Shown here piece after piece: positions 49,001 through 62,152 of a DNA stretch of 64,000 bases (the stretch's first letter is position 1; each line of letters begins with the position of its first letter). Position numbers and translations under genes: made by a program. Source of the DNA: Thalia democratica. Lineage: Eukaryota. The notes beneath the pieces were generated by a model. It did not search any database, had not been told where the DNA came from, and worked only from the letters and a program-made list of their open reading frames with translations. The DNA lies in NCBI GenBank assembly GCA_965202585.1, contig OZ241829.1, forward strand, positions 15,314,001-15,378,000. Reading direction: 5' to 3'.

Positions 49001-52000
49001 TTTTTAAATGATTAACTAGTTTTGAACGAACTTTTAAAAGTTTGTTAAAGTAAAGCTTTAATCGAAATATTTTGAAATAGTCCGGTAAAATACTTTAAGT
49101 TTTTTCAGCTTAAAAATGATAATTAGGATAGAAAGATTGTATGTATGATAAAACAAAGCTTATAAATTTATAAAAAACTTAGATTGAGATCTTTCTTCGA
49201 AGATTTTATAATGATATAAATTATTTTATTAAAAATCTAAACAAGCAGTCCTATAAACTTGAGTTGCGCTTACCTGAGCGTTGATGGTGATGCCGACGGT
49301 GTGGTCCTTGCTCTGCAGCACGACGTCCTGCCTGCTGAGGCGGGGCCTCGGTCTCGAGTAGTCCTCCCCGCTCGATCCGGACGCCACCGAGGGTTCGTCC
49401 TCTCGCATCTTCAGGTCGAAGCTGAGCACCTGACCGTAGCTCTTCTGCTGGTCTCCCAAAAACTTTTCTGCAAGTTTTCATTAGTCAAAAATTAGTCAGG
49501 TAAAAGGTTATAAAAGGTTTGATAACTGTTTAAAAGTTCAAACTAAAAGTTGTACAATAAAAGGACAAGTTGAAACAGATATATTAGTAATAGTACTTTT
49601 TTATTTTCTGTAATAAATATAATATAATGCAAAAGGTCGAATTACTGTCTAAAAATTTCCTTTGAAACTGACTAATGCATTTATCTTATTTGATCAGCTT
49701 GTGTTACTATAAAAAGGTTAATGGCAATTACTAACGAGATGTTTACAGTGTAACAGTTTAAAACACTTGAGAAGAAAATAACTGCTACTTAACTCATCTC
49801 TTAACGAGAGGTAGCAACTCTAATTGCTCGAAAAAATGCATCGATAATTTAAACGCGCTTAATTATGAGATTTGTAAATTAACCTGCGCTACTTAATCTC
49901 TTAAAATGCTAACGATAATGAGTTGCAACATTTATAGTTTAAAAATTTGAAGTAAAACTAAAAAGAAACAAAGAAAAACTGAAACCGGCAGCTGAGTCAA
50001 CTAAATGAGCTCAAAAGTTCTGCGTTGAAAGGCATTTTGTAAATTAAACAAAATATTTCAGTCTCCCAGACTAATACGTCTGATAACGAGGCATAAATCA
50101 TAAAAAAGCATCTTTCTTTGGCCAGCTGAAAACCAGGTAATTAGCTAAATGGTCGATAAATCACTCAACTAAATTGACTGCGGACTTAATAAACTTTTGT
50201 AAATCGCCACTAAGATCAAAGGGCACCGATGACCTACTTACTTGTAGCGTTCGCTTGTTACAATTTTTAGTTTTGGTTATGATTGATTAATCTACGTACA
50301 TAAAGCTTAAAATGGTCTAAGATTCTTTGAAGGTTTCCTCAAAAGTTTATACCTCTTTTTCTTTTTTGAAAAAAAGTTATGTTAGATGACCTATGTTACT
50401 ACATTTATTAAAAAGCATGCTTTCAAGTCAAACTCTATCATTTCTGAAAGCATGATGATAAAACTTTAACATAAAAATTTATCAGACATGAAAAAGCTCA
50501 ATATGATTAAGTTGTTTAATCATATGTAAAATTAAAATGATTTTTAAAGTAATGATAAAAAAAGCTATGTATATAAACATATTTTGTATAAATTTATATG
50601 GATATATATATATATACTTATAATTTTTATACCTGGAGCGACGAAATACGTCATCAAGTATCTGTCGGGAGACATGCTGACGTCACCCCTCTTGTACTCC
50701 ATGTCCATGTCGTCATCACCGTACGCACTTCCGCTCCATCCGTCCCGGTCTGTGTGACGTCATAATAGGTTATCATATGAGAAATCAAATAATAGTTTAT
50801 TTTTATTCGATAAGTTTTAAAAGATGCGTGATGTTGATAGTTTCGCAATCTAAACAGTGAAGACAACTTAAAGTAGCGCAAAAATCGTTTAGATTAAATT
50901 GAAAACAAAAAAAAAGTTTTCGAAAATGAAAAATAAAACGCATTAGACTTTTTTTTATTAAAACATAAACACGCGACCTTAAACAAAATGTTTAATTTAT
51001 CTATTTTACTGCCGATTCAAAGATTTAATCAATAAACAAGGCGGGCAGCATTTTAGGTGCAAAGTTACAGCCATTTCCCTTTAACAACACAATCATTTTG
51101 TCTCGTATAAACACAATAATTTTTCTTCAGATAAGCATTGTTTCAAATGAAGCTTGAAACTTTGTAGAGATTTCGTTGCTGATAAACGCGTTGATGGTCG
51201 TGGCGATTACGTAGAAATTCACGCTCGAATGGTTTTGAGTTTCGATATTTAAAATCGTCGGTAGACTCGGGTGAAATTGGCGTGAAAAAAAGTGTCAAAA
51301 TATTTAGTGAGGGCAATCACACGGTATTAGGCATAAATGCTACTTGGCTTAGGACGCCGTGATAATTAAAAATTGTGAGAACTCTACCTTGAATTTATTT
51401 TCGTTGCTCATTTTGAGAATAATAAAGTTTTGTAGAAATTAGAAGCTTTGTTTAATTAGTTTGTTTTTTAAACTTCTAGTTATTAACTATTTTTTTTAAT
51501 TTAAACTAAACTAAATGCTTTTCTTATATACCACTAACTATAAATTTGTAACATGAGTCACAGTTTTATAGCTAAATATTTATTTTCGGTCATAAACATT
51601 GTTAGCAGAACTAATTAAAATTCTTAAGATTCGCGTAGTCAGCCAGCGTAAATAATTTTTGTTTATATTTGTCCCACTGTCAAGTTAATATGAATTTAAG
51701 CTGTTAAAATTAAAAGTCTGAAAGTCTTAAAATATTTCAAGGTCAGTACAACAGAAACCGAATTAGATGAAACTAATCCACTGAAAACTAAAAACAAAAA
51801 TCTTATAACACATTGAAATGCGCAAATTTTTTATAAAGTTTTAATTTTTTTTTTGACTATATCCACCCTAAAAAACCAATCGTCAAGGTAATAGATTTAG
51901 TACTAGAGAAAATTTAAATATTTTAAAATTATTAGTTCAAACCTGTGAAGAAGTCGCTGGAAATGGTGGATTTCACGTAACCGTCTGTAACCTCGCAGAC

Positions 52001-55000
52001 GTTGGAGTGTCCGAAGCAGAAGCAGGAGATGCACCCGTAAGGGTTGCTCCCCCTCAGTTCCATGCTGCCCAGCTTGCATCTGTTTGGAAGTACTGTTGTT
52101 TACAAAACGATTTAGTAGTCAGAGTGTTTACCTTAGATATATATCCCATGATTTTGTTATTACTTTGCAAAAGAAGCCTGTATTATTATTATTATTTTTA
52201 TTTTCTAAAATATAGTTTATTTGAAATAAAGTTTATATCTAAAATAAAAATAAGAAGTTATCATTTTCAAACACTACTATGAACAAAATCAAACCTGTCG
52301 CACTGGAGACCTTCCACGTTCAACTTGCATTCGCATTGTCCGGTTTCAATGTTGCACGTGGTGCCGTTGACTGTTCCGTCTTCGAAGCAAGTGCATTTTC
52401 TGCGAAAGACAACAAAATTTCAAGATCAACTGCATTAAAAACTAAGGCGCTGTCAACTACATTTGCAGATAACCTTCAAGAGTAGCCGAATTAACGTTAT
52501 CCCCATAGCTTTATTAAATTTGCACAAACAACTTGAGCGCCTTTTTGAAACGAAAACAACTTAACAGTAAACAAAGCTTCAATGATCGGCTTTGATAAGA
52601 CGACAGCGAAACTCGTTACAAAGCTTCTGCTGATCCCTAAATTTGTTGTTGCCCGCTAAAGCAGCTTATTGTCTGACAAACAACGTGTTAATAAAACATA
52701 AAAATGCAAATAACTTAAATTCGCTTGATAAATTAATGCGTTTTTGCTTTACTTTTTTTAATAAATAATCAACTTTGTAATTGTTTTTGCTGTCCTATAC
52801 TTATTCGTCTACTGAAATTTATTTTACTTTTAAGAATTAATAAAATGCCTTGTATAAAATTAAACGCTGTAACATTGCATAAGCACTGCTCAAAAAACGA
52901 GCTCTATCCGAGAGCTCACTCTTATCATGTGTTTATGCACACAACAAACGATAATCGCAATACACTTCAAACGCGGCAGTAGCATTTAAGGATGGTCACT
53001 TCCTTCCTTATTATGACGTGTTTATTGTTATACCGTGACGTAACAACTCACGTGCATCCAGCCTCGTTCAGGCCGTAGTAGCCTTCCAAGCACTGGTCGC
53101 AGTTCTTTCCCCCGACTCCCGGCTTGCACATGCACTGTCCCTGGTCGTCGCACTCTTGACTCTTTGAACCTGAAGTGAATACAAGATTAGTGTGTGCGAA
53201 TTCATAATAAAACAAAATGTTTGCCATTGTAAAAAGAACGCAGTTTGTCTTGTGCAAGTATGATAGATTAGGTATGTGTCAAAGGACAGTGTCTGCTATT
53301 TTGACTTTATTTTGTTTATACATAAAACTTTTTTTATTTCATAAAACTGTCTGTAATATTTGTATCACTTCGGTGTTTGTGTGCAAATATATTAGGCAGT
53401 TTGTTACTTTTTGCTTTTATTGTTTGTGTTTCTGTTTTTAGTTTGAAACTATTTTGACAGCTTAAGTAAATTTTGAACTTTCAGTTAACTCTAGTATTTG
53501 TGTTTAAATGCTGTACGCGGCTTCACTCTTTTATTATATGAAAAGATTAAAACTTGATGGATAAAGTTAATCAAAAATTAAAAAAAACCACTGTATGCAA
53601 ACTAGTTATACATTCCCATTTAATTAAAACAAAAATTAAAGTTGTTGTGTCGTCATTATTGGTTTTATCATTTTGTAACAGTTTATTCAAGGTTAAAGTT
53701 CACTTTTGTATAGTTGCAAATAAAAAAAAAAAACTAAAGTTTAAGGTCAGTGTAAAAGTATATAATATTTTACAGTACAAGATGACACTTTTATATCACA
53801 CATAAATGCCAGCAGAGATAGCAATAAAAAGATAACGGATAGTGGTGGGAGTAACCAACCGATCTGGTCGCAGTTGCACGCCGTGCAGTAGTTGTCCTGG
53901 TCCCTGTAGTGGTACGGAAGGCACTGCTGGCAGTTGGGTCCGTCCGTGTTGTCGGCGCACTCCAGGCACCTGCCTCCCCTCCCGGTCGCCACGAACAGGT
54001 CGTGGTCGTACTCGCATTTGTCCGACTTTCCGTTGCACTCGCATTCTGAAAAAATAAAAATAAACATTTAAACTTAAAAAAATTATGTAGTTAAGCATTA
54101 TTTTACTTTGTTTTCTGTTTCAGGATAAATAAGTTTAAAATTTAAGAAACAATTTTTATTGAAGTTATTGTAAATAATGAATATATAGATGTTTTATTTT
54201 ATTAACTTATATTTAAAGCCCATGTTTTGGCAAAACATTATTGTAAAAAACATCAGGACTTAAGTATTTTGTAAAAAGTGGTTAAAATAACTTTAAAGCT
54301 AAAGTTTCAAACGATTACAAAATTTTCTTCTGAAACATAAGTTCATCGTTAGCAGCTATGTGTTACAAATTTGAAGTATTTATTTTCCAAGAAGTATGTG
54401 AAAATACATTTACAATAGGTAATTCTCTAATGTCTACAGCTGTGGCAAAGAACATCAAAGAAACTTTTATTATGTTTGAATATTTTTACAAGTATGTTCG
54501 AACATGGTCTGATCAAACGTTTAACATAAGAACTGATAAAACCTACATTGAAAAATGTTGAAGAAACAAAAAGAACTAGTTTCAATGCATTGTTACATAA
54601 TTACACAATTGTCACAGGAAAATAATCTAGTAAAATTGTGTACTGTAATTTACACACAATCTCGAGTAATTTCACAACAGAACATCCCTTTATTGCGTCA
54701 CAAGGGCAATTACAAGCAACAAACGTTTCTTGCCCCGCATCACACCAAAACTGCCTGCCCTCATTGCGAGAAAATCGCCCGAGCTGCGTCGCAATTTCGC
54801 GACTATTTACACAATAAACACGCGAAATTGCTGGCAATTATGCCCGAGATAAACAAGAGATCTTCATGTGCGTTTCATGTTTGGTTTCGACCGCAATCTC
54901 CAGCATCAAGCAATTCCCGCTAAATCGTTTATTGAGCGCATGTGTGTAGCGACACTGCTTTGTTTTCTTCTTAGCACACATATGCTGTGTGTGCCATCCC

Positions 55001-58000
55001 CACTGAAATGCCGTCTAGACTTTTGTGTTCTTTCTTCTAATTGGCTCACGTTAATACGGTAATTGTTGCTTGCAGGGGCTGCTCTTCAATGTACTGATGA
55101 TTGATTGTTTTAAACAGAATAAATGTGTATCTTTTTGCTGCTTTGGGTGGCAAGGAAGAAGGCAGATAAGTTGGTTGTATCAGCCAGTTTTCAAAAAGTA
55201 ATTTTGTTCTTAATATTTTGAGTTTGGTAACTTTAAATAAAAAATAGTCGGCTGTTTTTAAACAATAAAAGCTTCAGGTATATGTTTTACATGTTATAAA
55301 TTTAAAATAAGTTGATTGAAAAACAAACTGAAATATTTTAACATAAGTTTGTATTTACTAGTTCTTTAAGAAGGTTGATATTTGAAAACAATTCAAAAAT
55401 AATTTGCTGTGGTTTGATTTATTAACTTGTCTCCTAAATCAATTACCAACAATTTTACTGATGTTAAGTAGTAAATAAAGCAAAGTTTTAGATAAAAATT
55501 AATCTGTCTACCACAGGATAACGAAAAATAACTTTACTTGATAGAAATGTCTAGCTCTCTTGTGTTTATTCAATAGCATTAACTTGCAAAGTTTTCTTAA
55601 ATACCATTCGCTGTAACCTTAAACAACAGCAAATGTTAAAGAAGTTACAAAGCTAACAGTTAAATAACAATTGAGTAAAATCAGCTACACTCGTGTTATT
55701 TAAATAAAAAAGTATTGAAGTTACCACTTCAAATACAATTTTTTTTATAAAGACACCTTTGATTGTTACTTTATTCTTCTTTTTTTTTGTCACACTTTTT
55801 TCTTAAAGCTAAATATTCTGTTATTGTTTAGAACCCCAAGATAATGAACACGGTCAAATTTCTTCAAAACTGTCCTAACACGCTGTGCATATAACACACT
55901 CACTTATTTCAGCACAAAACCACTTCATCACCCACCTCACTTCTTTGTTCAAGCAATTCGGATTACGGTTTTTCGTATTACTTCATTTATTTTCGTGCGG
56001 CTTTCCCGGAAGCCGTGTTTCCGGTTTTGCGTCCGCAACGAAAAATGTCTCCATCTCTCACATAGAAAAACCTCGCTCGCTGATTAGGTTTAATTGTCAA
56101 ATCATCGCAAGTTTTGTGTGTTTGCCGGCGAATGGCGACGCCAGTCACAGCCAATTTCTCATCGAATTTTATTAGTCAGACGAACACAGATTATTATCGG
56201 GAATAAAAAACTTTGTTTGTCGGTGTTTGCTTTAGAAGAACGACGTTTTTTGATGTTTAATTGAGTTAAATCGTGTCAAGTCTTCTGAATTGTAATTAGA
56301 CGGTTCTTAAAGCCTTTATAGGAAAAATGTACAATGCGTTGATTGAATAAATACAATGTTGATTTTTCAGCTTATTTTTTATTTTTTCAATCATTTTCTA
56401 AACGTCGCAGATAAAGTTTTACGGTCGAATTAAGTCTGAAAAAATTTTTATCTCAAAAAAATATTCTGATTATTAATCAAGGTATCTCAAAGATGATATC
56501 TTCGTTCAAATAGCCCGAAACGCACCGCCACCCCTCACAAACAATTGTGACGTCATTCGTCAAGGCAACGGTTCTTCATTGCTTCCGCTCCATCGTGTTT
56601 GTGACGTCACAAGGCTTGAAATAAAAAAAACCTTCAGTGGAAGTTTTTTGTTAAACTTTTGGCCGCAATAACTTTAGTTAAAAATTGTTCAGTGATTTAA
56701 AAGTTGGTTTTGAACTGATTTATGATTTAAAACAATATGTATAGTTTTAAGAAAATATTTTTTTAGTGGTCTAACTGATGTCTGTTGCTGAAAGTAAGAT
56801 TTACAACTTTTACTATGATAAACAGCTGTTTTGTATATGACGATCAATTCAATTTACATATATGTTTGCTTTTAATCATAGAAAAGTATTATAATTATTT
56901 GAGAAAAAAAAGTATAATCTATAGTCAGTACATTAAACAAATAGGGCATCTATCTTAATATCTATAGTCATTTTTTACGATGTTTGTTGCAGAAGTTTAT
57001 TGCCTTTCAACAAAAATACAAATTACCTTTATTGAAAAGAATATAACAAGATTAAAATTGACAAATTGCTTTACGTAAGCATTTGGAAATTGACCCAAGC
57101 TTCAACTTCAAAAACGCGTATAAGGTCATTTAGCCATTAAAAGTGTTTGAAGCGAAAAAGCAGCGAAAATACAGCAACATTAAATGTGAGCGCTTGGCGT
57201 TTATTTTTGCGACGCTCAAGTGTTTCCCGGTGATCAAATTGGAAACATTTTACTTGAAAAACAAGTAAAAAATTTCAACGAGAAACAAAACAATTTTTAG
57301 ACGTCTGAACTAGAGGCTGGAAGTTTAAGGTAGAAAAGTAGACGGGATTGAAATTAGGCATGTAAACGGTCTTGTGACCTGTCTAGCAATAACTACAAAC
57401 GCGCCCTTACATGCATACGAGCACTGAAGGTTTGTTTACAGCAAGCTTAAATATATTTTGTAATTTAAACGACATCTGCAGCTCAAATAAAGTTATAAAT
57501 AAGTTTTTTGCGACAAACGTCTGCAAAGTGAGCTCTCGCAAACTTTAGGCTTGACTTTGAGTATGCAGTTGACTTTAACTGAAATTATAAATTATAAAAC
57601 TGTTCTGTATGTAAGACTTTTATACATAGGCTTGAGTTAACATAATTAAACGAAGCTTTTAATGTAAATACATAAAGTTTTAGCCTTACTACGTTTTAGT
57701 TTATTAAGCTCAACCAATTTTACTGGTTTGTAAAACAAATATCCACTAATACAACGTTATCTAAACATTAGTGCTTGGTAAGTACAAGATCTCTGCTAAC
57801 ACTTTGCTTTTAAAGTTAAAAAAAAATAAAGACTACATTTTAATCTTAGTACCAAACAACAGATTATCGCTAATACACATTTTTCATTGTCTAAACAGCA
57901 CAAAAAATCCAAGATAAATTTTTCACTGCTATACAAACAACACTTATAAAGCGAATATAATACTCAAGTCTTGAAAAAATTGTACATTTTTTCTAAGAAC

Positions 58001-61000
58001 TATTCGATTATTTTATCCACTGGTATACAGAGAAAACGCAATTTTTTTCAACTTGCATTTCTTAGAAAATAGACAAACTAACTCTGGCACACGGCGGGAT
58101 CGTCACGGGTGGCCGCTCGCCACTGGAGGTCGTTGTACCCGTCGGCGCACCTGTCGCAGTCCGGACCGGCGGTGTTGTGCTGGCATCGGCACACCAGGAC
58201 TTCGGTGGCGCTCAGGTAGCAGTGGTTCGCGTGACCGTTGCAGGAGCACCTGTTGAAAAACAAGAAATTTAAAAAGTTGTTTATATGTAAGTTGGTAAAA
58301 TCTTTGATTTTGATTTTCAATGTTAAAGACAAATGCGGTTTTAAATTTGTAGAACCATAAATTGTTTTAAATAACTATAACCATTATATGCTCAGTATTC
58401 AGCTAGGCAATTGTATAAGTTTTAAAATTTTACAAACAAGTTAAAAATATAAAATTAAAGTAAATGTTATAGGAATAGTTACATGAAATAAAAAATTTGA
58501 TATGTAATTTATTTTTTTTAAATTCAATAATTTTTAAAGTTCTTGAATTTTCGGACCAGTTTTCAAATAAATTTGTTAAAGGATTTTTTTTTGTTTTGGT
58601 AAGCAACTATTAGTTTCGAAACTTTTTAATTACTTAGGGCAGTTTTTAGTTACTTAAACAAGATACATGTAAACAAGTTTTAACATGTTACTTTCTGTGA
58701 GAAAATATTTACTTAGTTTTTTAATACTTGTTCAAGATTATTTGTAAATAATGTTACAAGTATGAAAATGTAAACGTTGTGTAAAGATGTCGTTATAAAC
58801 AAAAAATTGTATTTTATTAACGATTCTAAAATTAAAACTTAAGATTGACATGCCTTAAATAAAGTTAACGAGTTTTAAAATAAAACACATTTTTCAACTT
58901 ATGAAAAAAGCTCAAAATCTTATAAGCTTTGAGAAATTTTATTTACAGAACCTATTTGCTTCAAACATGAAAAACACAATGCCTTTGTTCATTGTTGAGA
59001 GAAAAAAATTGCTGTAAAATCTTTCTAGTCAATAAAAATAAGTTGAAAACAAAACAACTTTAACCGTGAAAATAAACCACGTGAAATAAAAAGTTAATAC
59101 GATAAAAATTTTAAATGAGTTAAACAAAATCGACTTATATAGAAATTATTCAATAGCTATGATTAGTTGCCGTCAATCATATTTATAAAATGCTTATTTC
59201 TAAACACAAATACCATACAAATATAGCATAAAGTTGTTTGAAACGTACAAACTTGTATGTTTTTAAATAGGTGATAGTGATATTTGAGAAACTTGAATGA
59301 CTTAAAACTATCATTGAAATTTTAAACTTTCACAGATGTCTATCAATTGAAAAAAAACATGTGTAAAAAAATCAAAAAACCAATAAAAGCTAATTTATTT
59401 TGTTTACAAAAAATTCTCACAGAGAAAATTAGAAAATTATGATGCATTTTTATGCTATAAAAAACCGTTTCAATTGATGCACAGTCTTATCTTAAAAACC
59501 TTGTTTAAGATTATTTGTAAATATTAGTACAAGTTTAAAAATGTAAAAAATTGTGTAAATTTAAGTAGCACTTAAAGTTAAAAAAGTGCTCCCAGTTTTT
59601 GAAACCGCTCAAAAAGCAAACAAATCGGTTTTGAACCGAAAACCGCCGAAATGCAAACAAGCAAGAGTTTGTTTACAATTTGTTTACATGCGACCGCTCA
59701 CAAGTAGCAACATTGTAGTAGCGATACATGCCCTTGAATATACATTGTCGCTGTAATTTGCATTGTAGCATTGCGGTTTCGCATTGTTGACGCGCTGCAG
59801 TCATTTCTTATTTTACACTTCTCTTCGGTGCGACTTCAAACGACACACTGTCGCACGCACACTTGTTTGAATATCAAGTAAAACATCAGGTTGTATAATT
59901 TGATATGTTTTTTTAAGAAAAAAAGTTTTAAAAGGTGTAGTTAGGCAAGGAAAACAACTCGCTATCCGCTTTATAAAAGTTAGCATATAAGCATAAGTAA
60001 AAATCACAGCCAGGTTTTACATCAGTTCTGTATAAAAACTTGAACGCTAGACCAACCACACCAAAGGAATACCTTGCCGAAAAACGACTTAAAATAAATT
60101 TCAGCTTTATAAAATTTCACAGCCCAACTGCTCTGAATTCCTTGACAAATCAAACACCTCCTAAAAACTGTGTTTTAGGTCAAAACCATCAGAAAAAATG
60201 CTCAATTCAAACCGATGTCGTGTTGAAATCAAACGCGGCGCTTGTCTGTGCCTTGCATTGCGCAAAAGTTGCATCACGCGCTAAATAAAGGCTCATTAAT
60301 CACCACTGTGAGCTTTTCAGTTTTTTCGAGATTGCATGTACACTGCAATCACAGGAATTCGCTGCGTGTATTGCAGCTTCTTGCACCAGCTCGTGTGAAC
60401 CTCTGGAACTCTGGAATGCCCTTTCCTTGCACGATTTGAAAAACCTTTTATGACGTCACAATGACTGCGTAAGCTCTATGTATTGCGTCATTCGTTCCAT
60501 CAAGGATTGCAGTAATCGAGGAATACTGAGGAAAAATAAGAAAAATGAGCGCTGCACTTACAACTGACCGAAGCGACCGTTTAAGCAATAATTTAAATTT
60601 TTCAGCATCCTTAAAACCGTAATTACGGGGTTAACGAGAAATTTTAAAAGGGAAATTGCCATTTCGTTTCCGCTTTTATTTCAAGGTTCTTGTGTGTGAT
60701 TACAATAAGGTATTCAGACCTTTGTGCAAGTGTTTGTAAAACTAAACAAAAGTATTTTCTTTTAATAAGAGAAGAAAACGTACATACTTACTGTAGCATC
60801 TAAAAATACATAAGCAATCAAAACCAGACTGTTTTGATTATCATAATTTTGCATAACATCCAACAACGAGTTTCTTTGATATTGTAGATGCAAAAAATTT
60901 TTATGACACAACTCAATATGAAACTGATACCTTTGTTGCGGATAAAGCAAACACCGATAAAACTTTTGCTTTGAACACGCTGGCGTTATCCAGGCCGCCT

Positions 61001-62074
61001 ACAAACACGGTTTCAACATCGTAAAAATGTTTGCTATCAAACGCAGACACACTTGAGAGTTTGTTTGTTTTAGCTCTTGTCTGTTTAATCCTCGAGAGAG
61101 ACCATCAAAGCCGTGTATAAAGCGAGCAACTTGTGCTGAAAACAGTATTGTTGCTGAAAATAGTTGTGTTGCAAACAGTAAGTGTGTGCAAGTTGCAGTT
61201 TTACAGTCATTCTTTTGCAATTTTTTAAGTTTTTACTACTTCTCGATTTAATTTGTTTTCACACAATGTTATACTTTGAATAAGCTTATATATAATGTTC
61301 TCAGAAACCACTATATTTCAACTATAAGCTTTTAATTTATTAATAAGCTTGTAAAACTGTTAAAAGTTAGATACGCTTTTTTTCAACTTATACTTTTCAA
61401 AGAAATTTCTCGTCTCACACATAATCTCATATTTCAACCATTCTTCAGCAATCCCAGCTATTTTGGGTGGCAATCGAGCACTGCGTTACCCAGCAACTAG
61501 CTCGTTGTCATGGTAACACCTGGTGATCGTCACGCGTGATTTGTTTCAGCTTTTTAATGAAGACTTCGCATCTTCGCATTAAGAAGCCTTGAACGTTCGT
61601 AACTGACATTCGTGTAGCTGCCACTTGGTATTTGAGACGCAATGCAAAGCAGCATTCAATATTTTAGTTGATGATAATTACGTTGCGCCATGTAATAAAA
61701 TTGTTTTTGTTTTAGAAACTATATTCTTAACTTGTTGTATTTGCATTTATCAGCTTATTTTGCTTTAAGTAATTCACTTAATCTAAATATTATAACTTAT
61801 AACATTATATTTACTTAGTTTTGATTTCAAAGCAAGCAAACAATCTCTGGTGTTGTCGGCGTGCAAACAATCTCAGTAATGGCAATTTGTTACTTAAGTT
61901 TATGCTAAAAGACAATAGCTATTGAGAAAACAAATTATCTTACCTTCCTCCTACGGACAAATCAGAGATGGCGTAAAAGTACGACTTGAGGACTTCAGGA
62001 TCTTTGAAGACTTCATCTCCAAAAGTGTTCAGACGATCCAAAGATATTCTGATTGCAACAGCTTTTACCCAGTT
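34083..62074 (-). CDS. lamc1: Laminin subunit gamma-1 (5' exons lie beyond the window end)
   Basis: 24 phase-consistent GT-AG exons (minus): 61944-62074, 58083-58249, 53860-54045, 53052-53169, 52295-52399, 51943-52079, 50633-50749, 49274-49467, 48787-48937, 47827-48045, 47351-47548, 43635-43868, 42655-42741, 41428-41637, 41088-41225, 39392-39595, 38388-38835, 36962-37166, 36580-36681, 36248-36362, 35838-36037, 35187-35345, 34783-34882, 34083-34339 (4182 nt, 1393 aa). End of LN domain ([32 protein letters not shown]), 11 LE modules with an L4 domain inside LE5, nidogen-site motif [10 protein letters not shown], coiled coil, and gamma-type tail [10 protein letters not shown]. Confidence 0.97.
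37268..37330 (-). mobile_element. tRNA-like SINE family, degenerate copy 4 (lamc1 intron)
   Basis: TTTGGTCCTAGGACCTGTGGTACAAAAAAACCTTTTGGTT aligns with copy 2 (TTTGGTCTAAGGACCTGTGGTGTACAAAGGAACCTTTCGGCT). Confidence 0.45.
37790..38085. promoter_or_regulatory. GC-rich intronic island with CTCF-like, GC-box, E-box and two X-box-like motifs (possibly Helitron-derived)
   Basis: CGCCATCTAGCAG (37796), CCGCCC, CACGTG (37923), GCTACCATAGCAAC (37928), GTTGCTATAACAAC (38063); motif matches only. Confidence 0.4.
61504..61517. promoter_or_regulatory. RFX X-box in lamc1 intron
   Basis: GTTGTCATGGTAAC fits GTNRCC/Y-AT-RGYAAC closely and lies in a locally GC-richer patch. Confidence 0.4.
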
Positions 62075-62152
62075 CTAAAGGTAAAATTAAAATAAAAAGA
62101 TATTCTGATTGCAACAGCTTTTACCCAGTTCTAAAGGTAAAATTAAAATAAA
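62041..62152. repeat. 56-bp perfect tandem duplication spanning a lamc1 splice acceptor
   Basis: AAGATATTCTGATTGCAACAGCTTTTACCCAGTTCTAAAGGTAAAATTAAAATAAA at 62041 and again at 62097. Confidence 0.92.

Noticed and set aside
56582-56612. CTTCCGCTCCATC...TGTGACGTCA similar to the exon 50633-50749 junction
   Set aside because: Only a 13-mer plus the common CRE motif, and the AG is missing; compatible with chance.
34105-58256. Numerous plus-strand and off-frame ORFs over lamc1 exons (e.g. 34105, 34140, 38424, 38576, 41456, 43658, 47829, 53842, 58053)
   Set aside because: They coincide with GC-rich lamc1 exons and end in the AT-rich introns; shadow frames.
34083-62074. Non-canonical introns of the larvacean (Fritillaria) type
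   Set aside because: All reconstructed introns in the three spliced genes are GT-AG.
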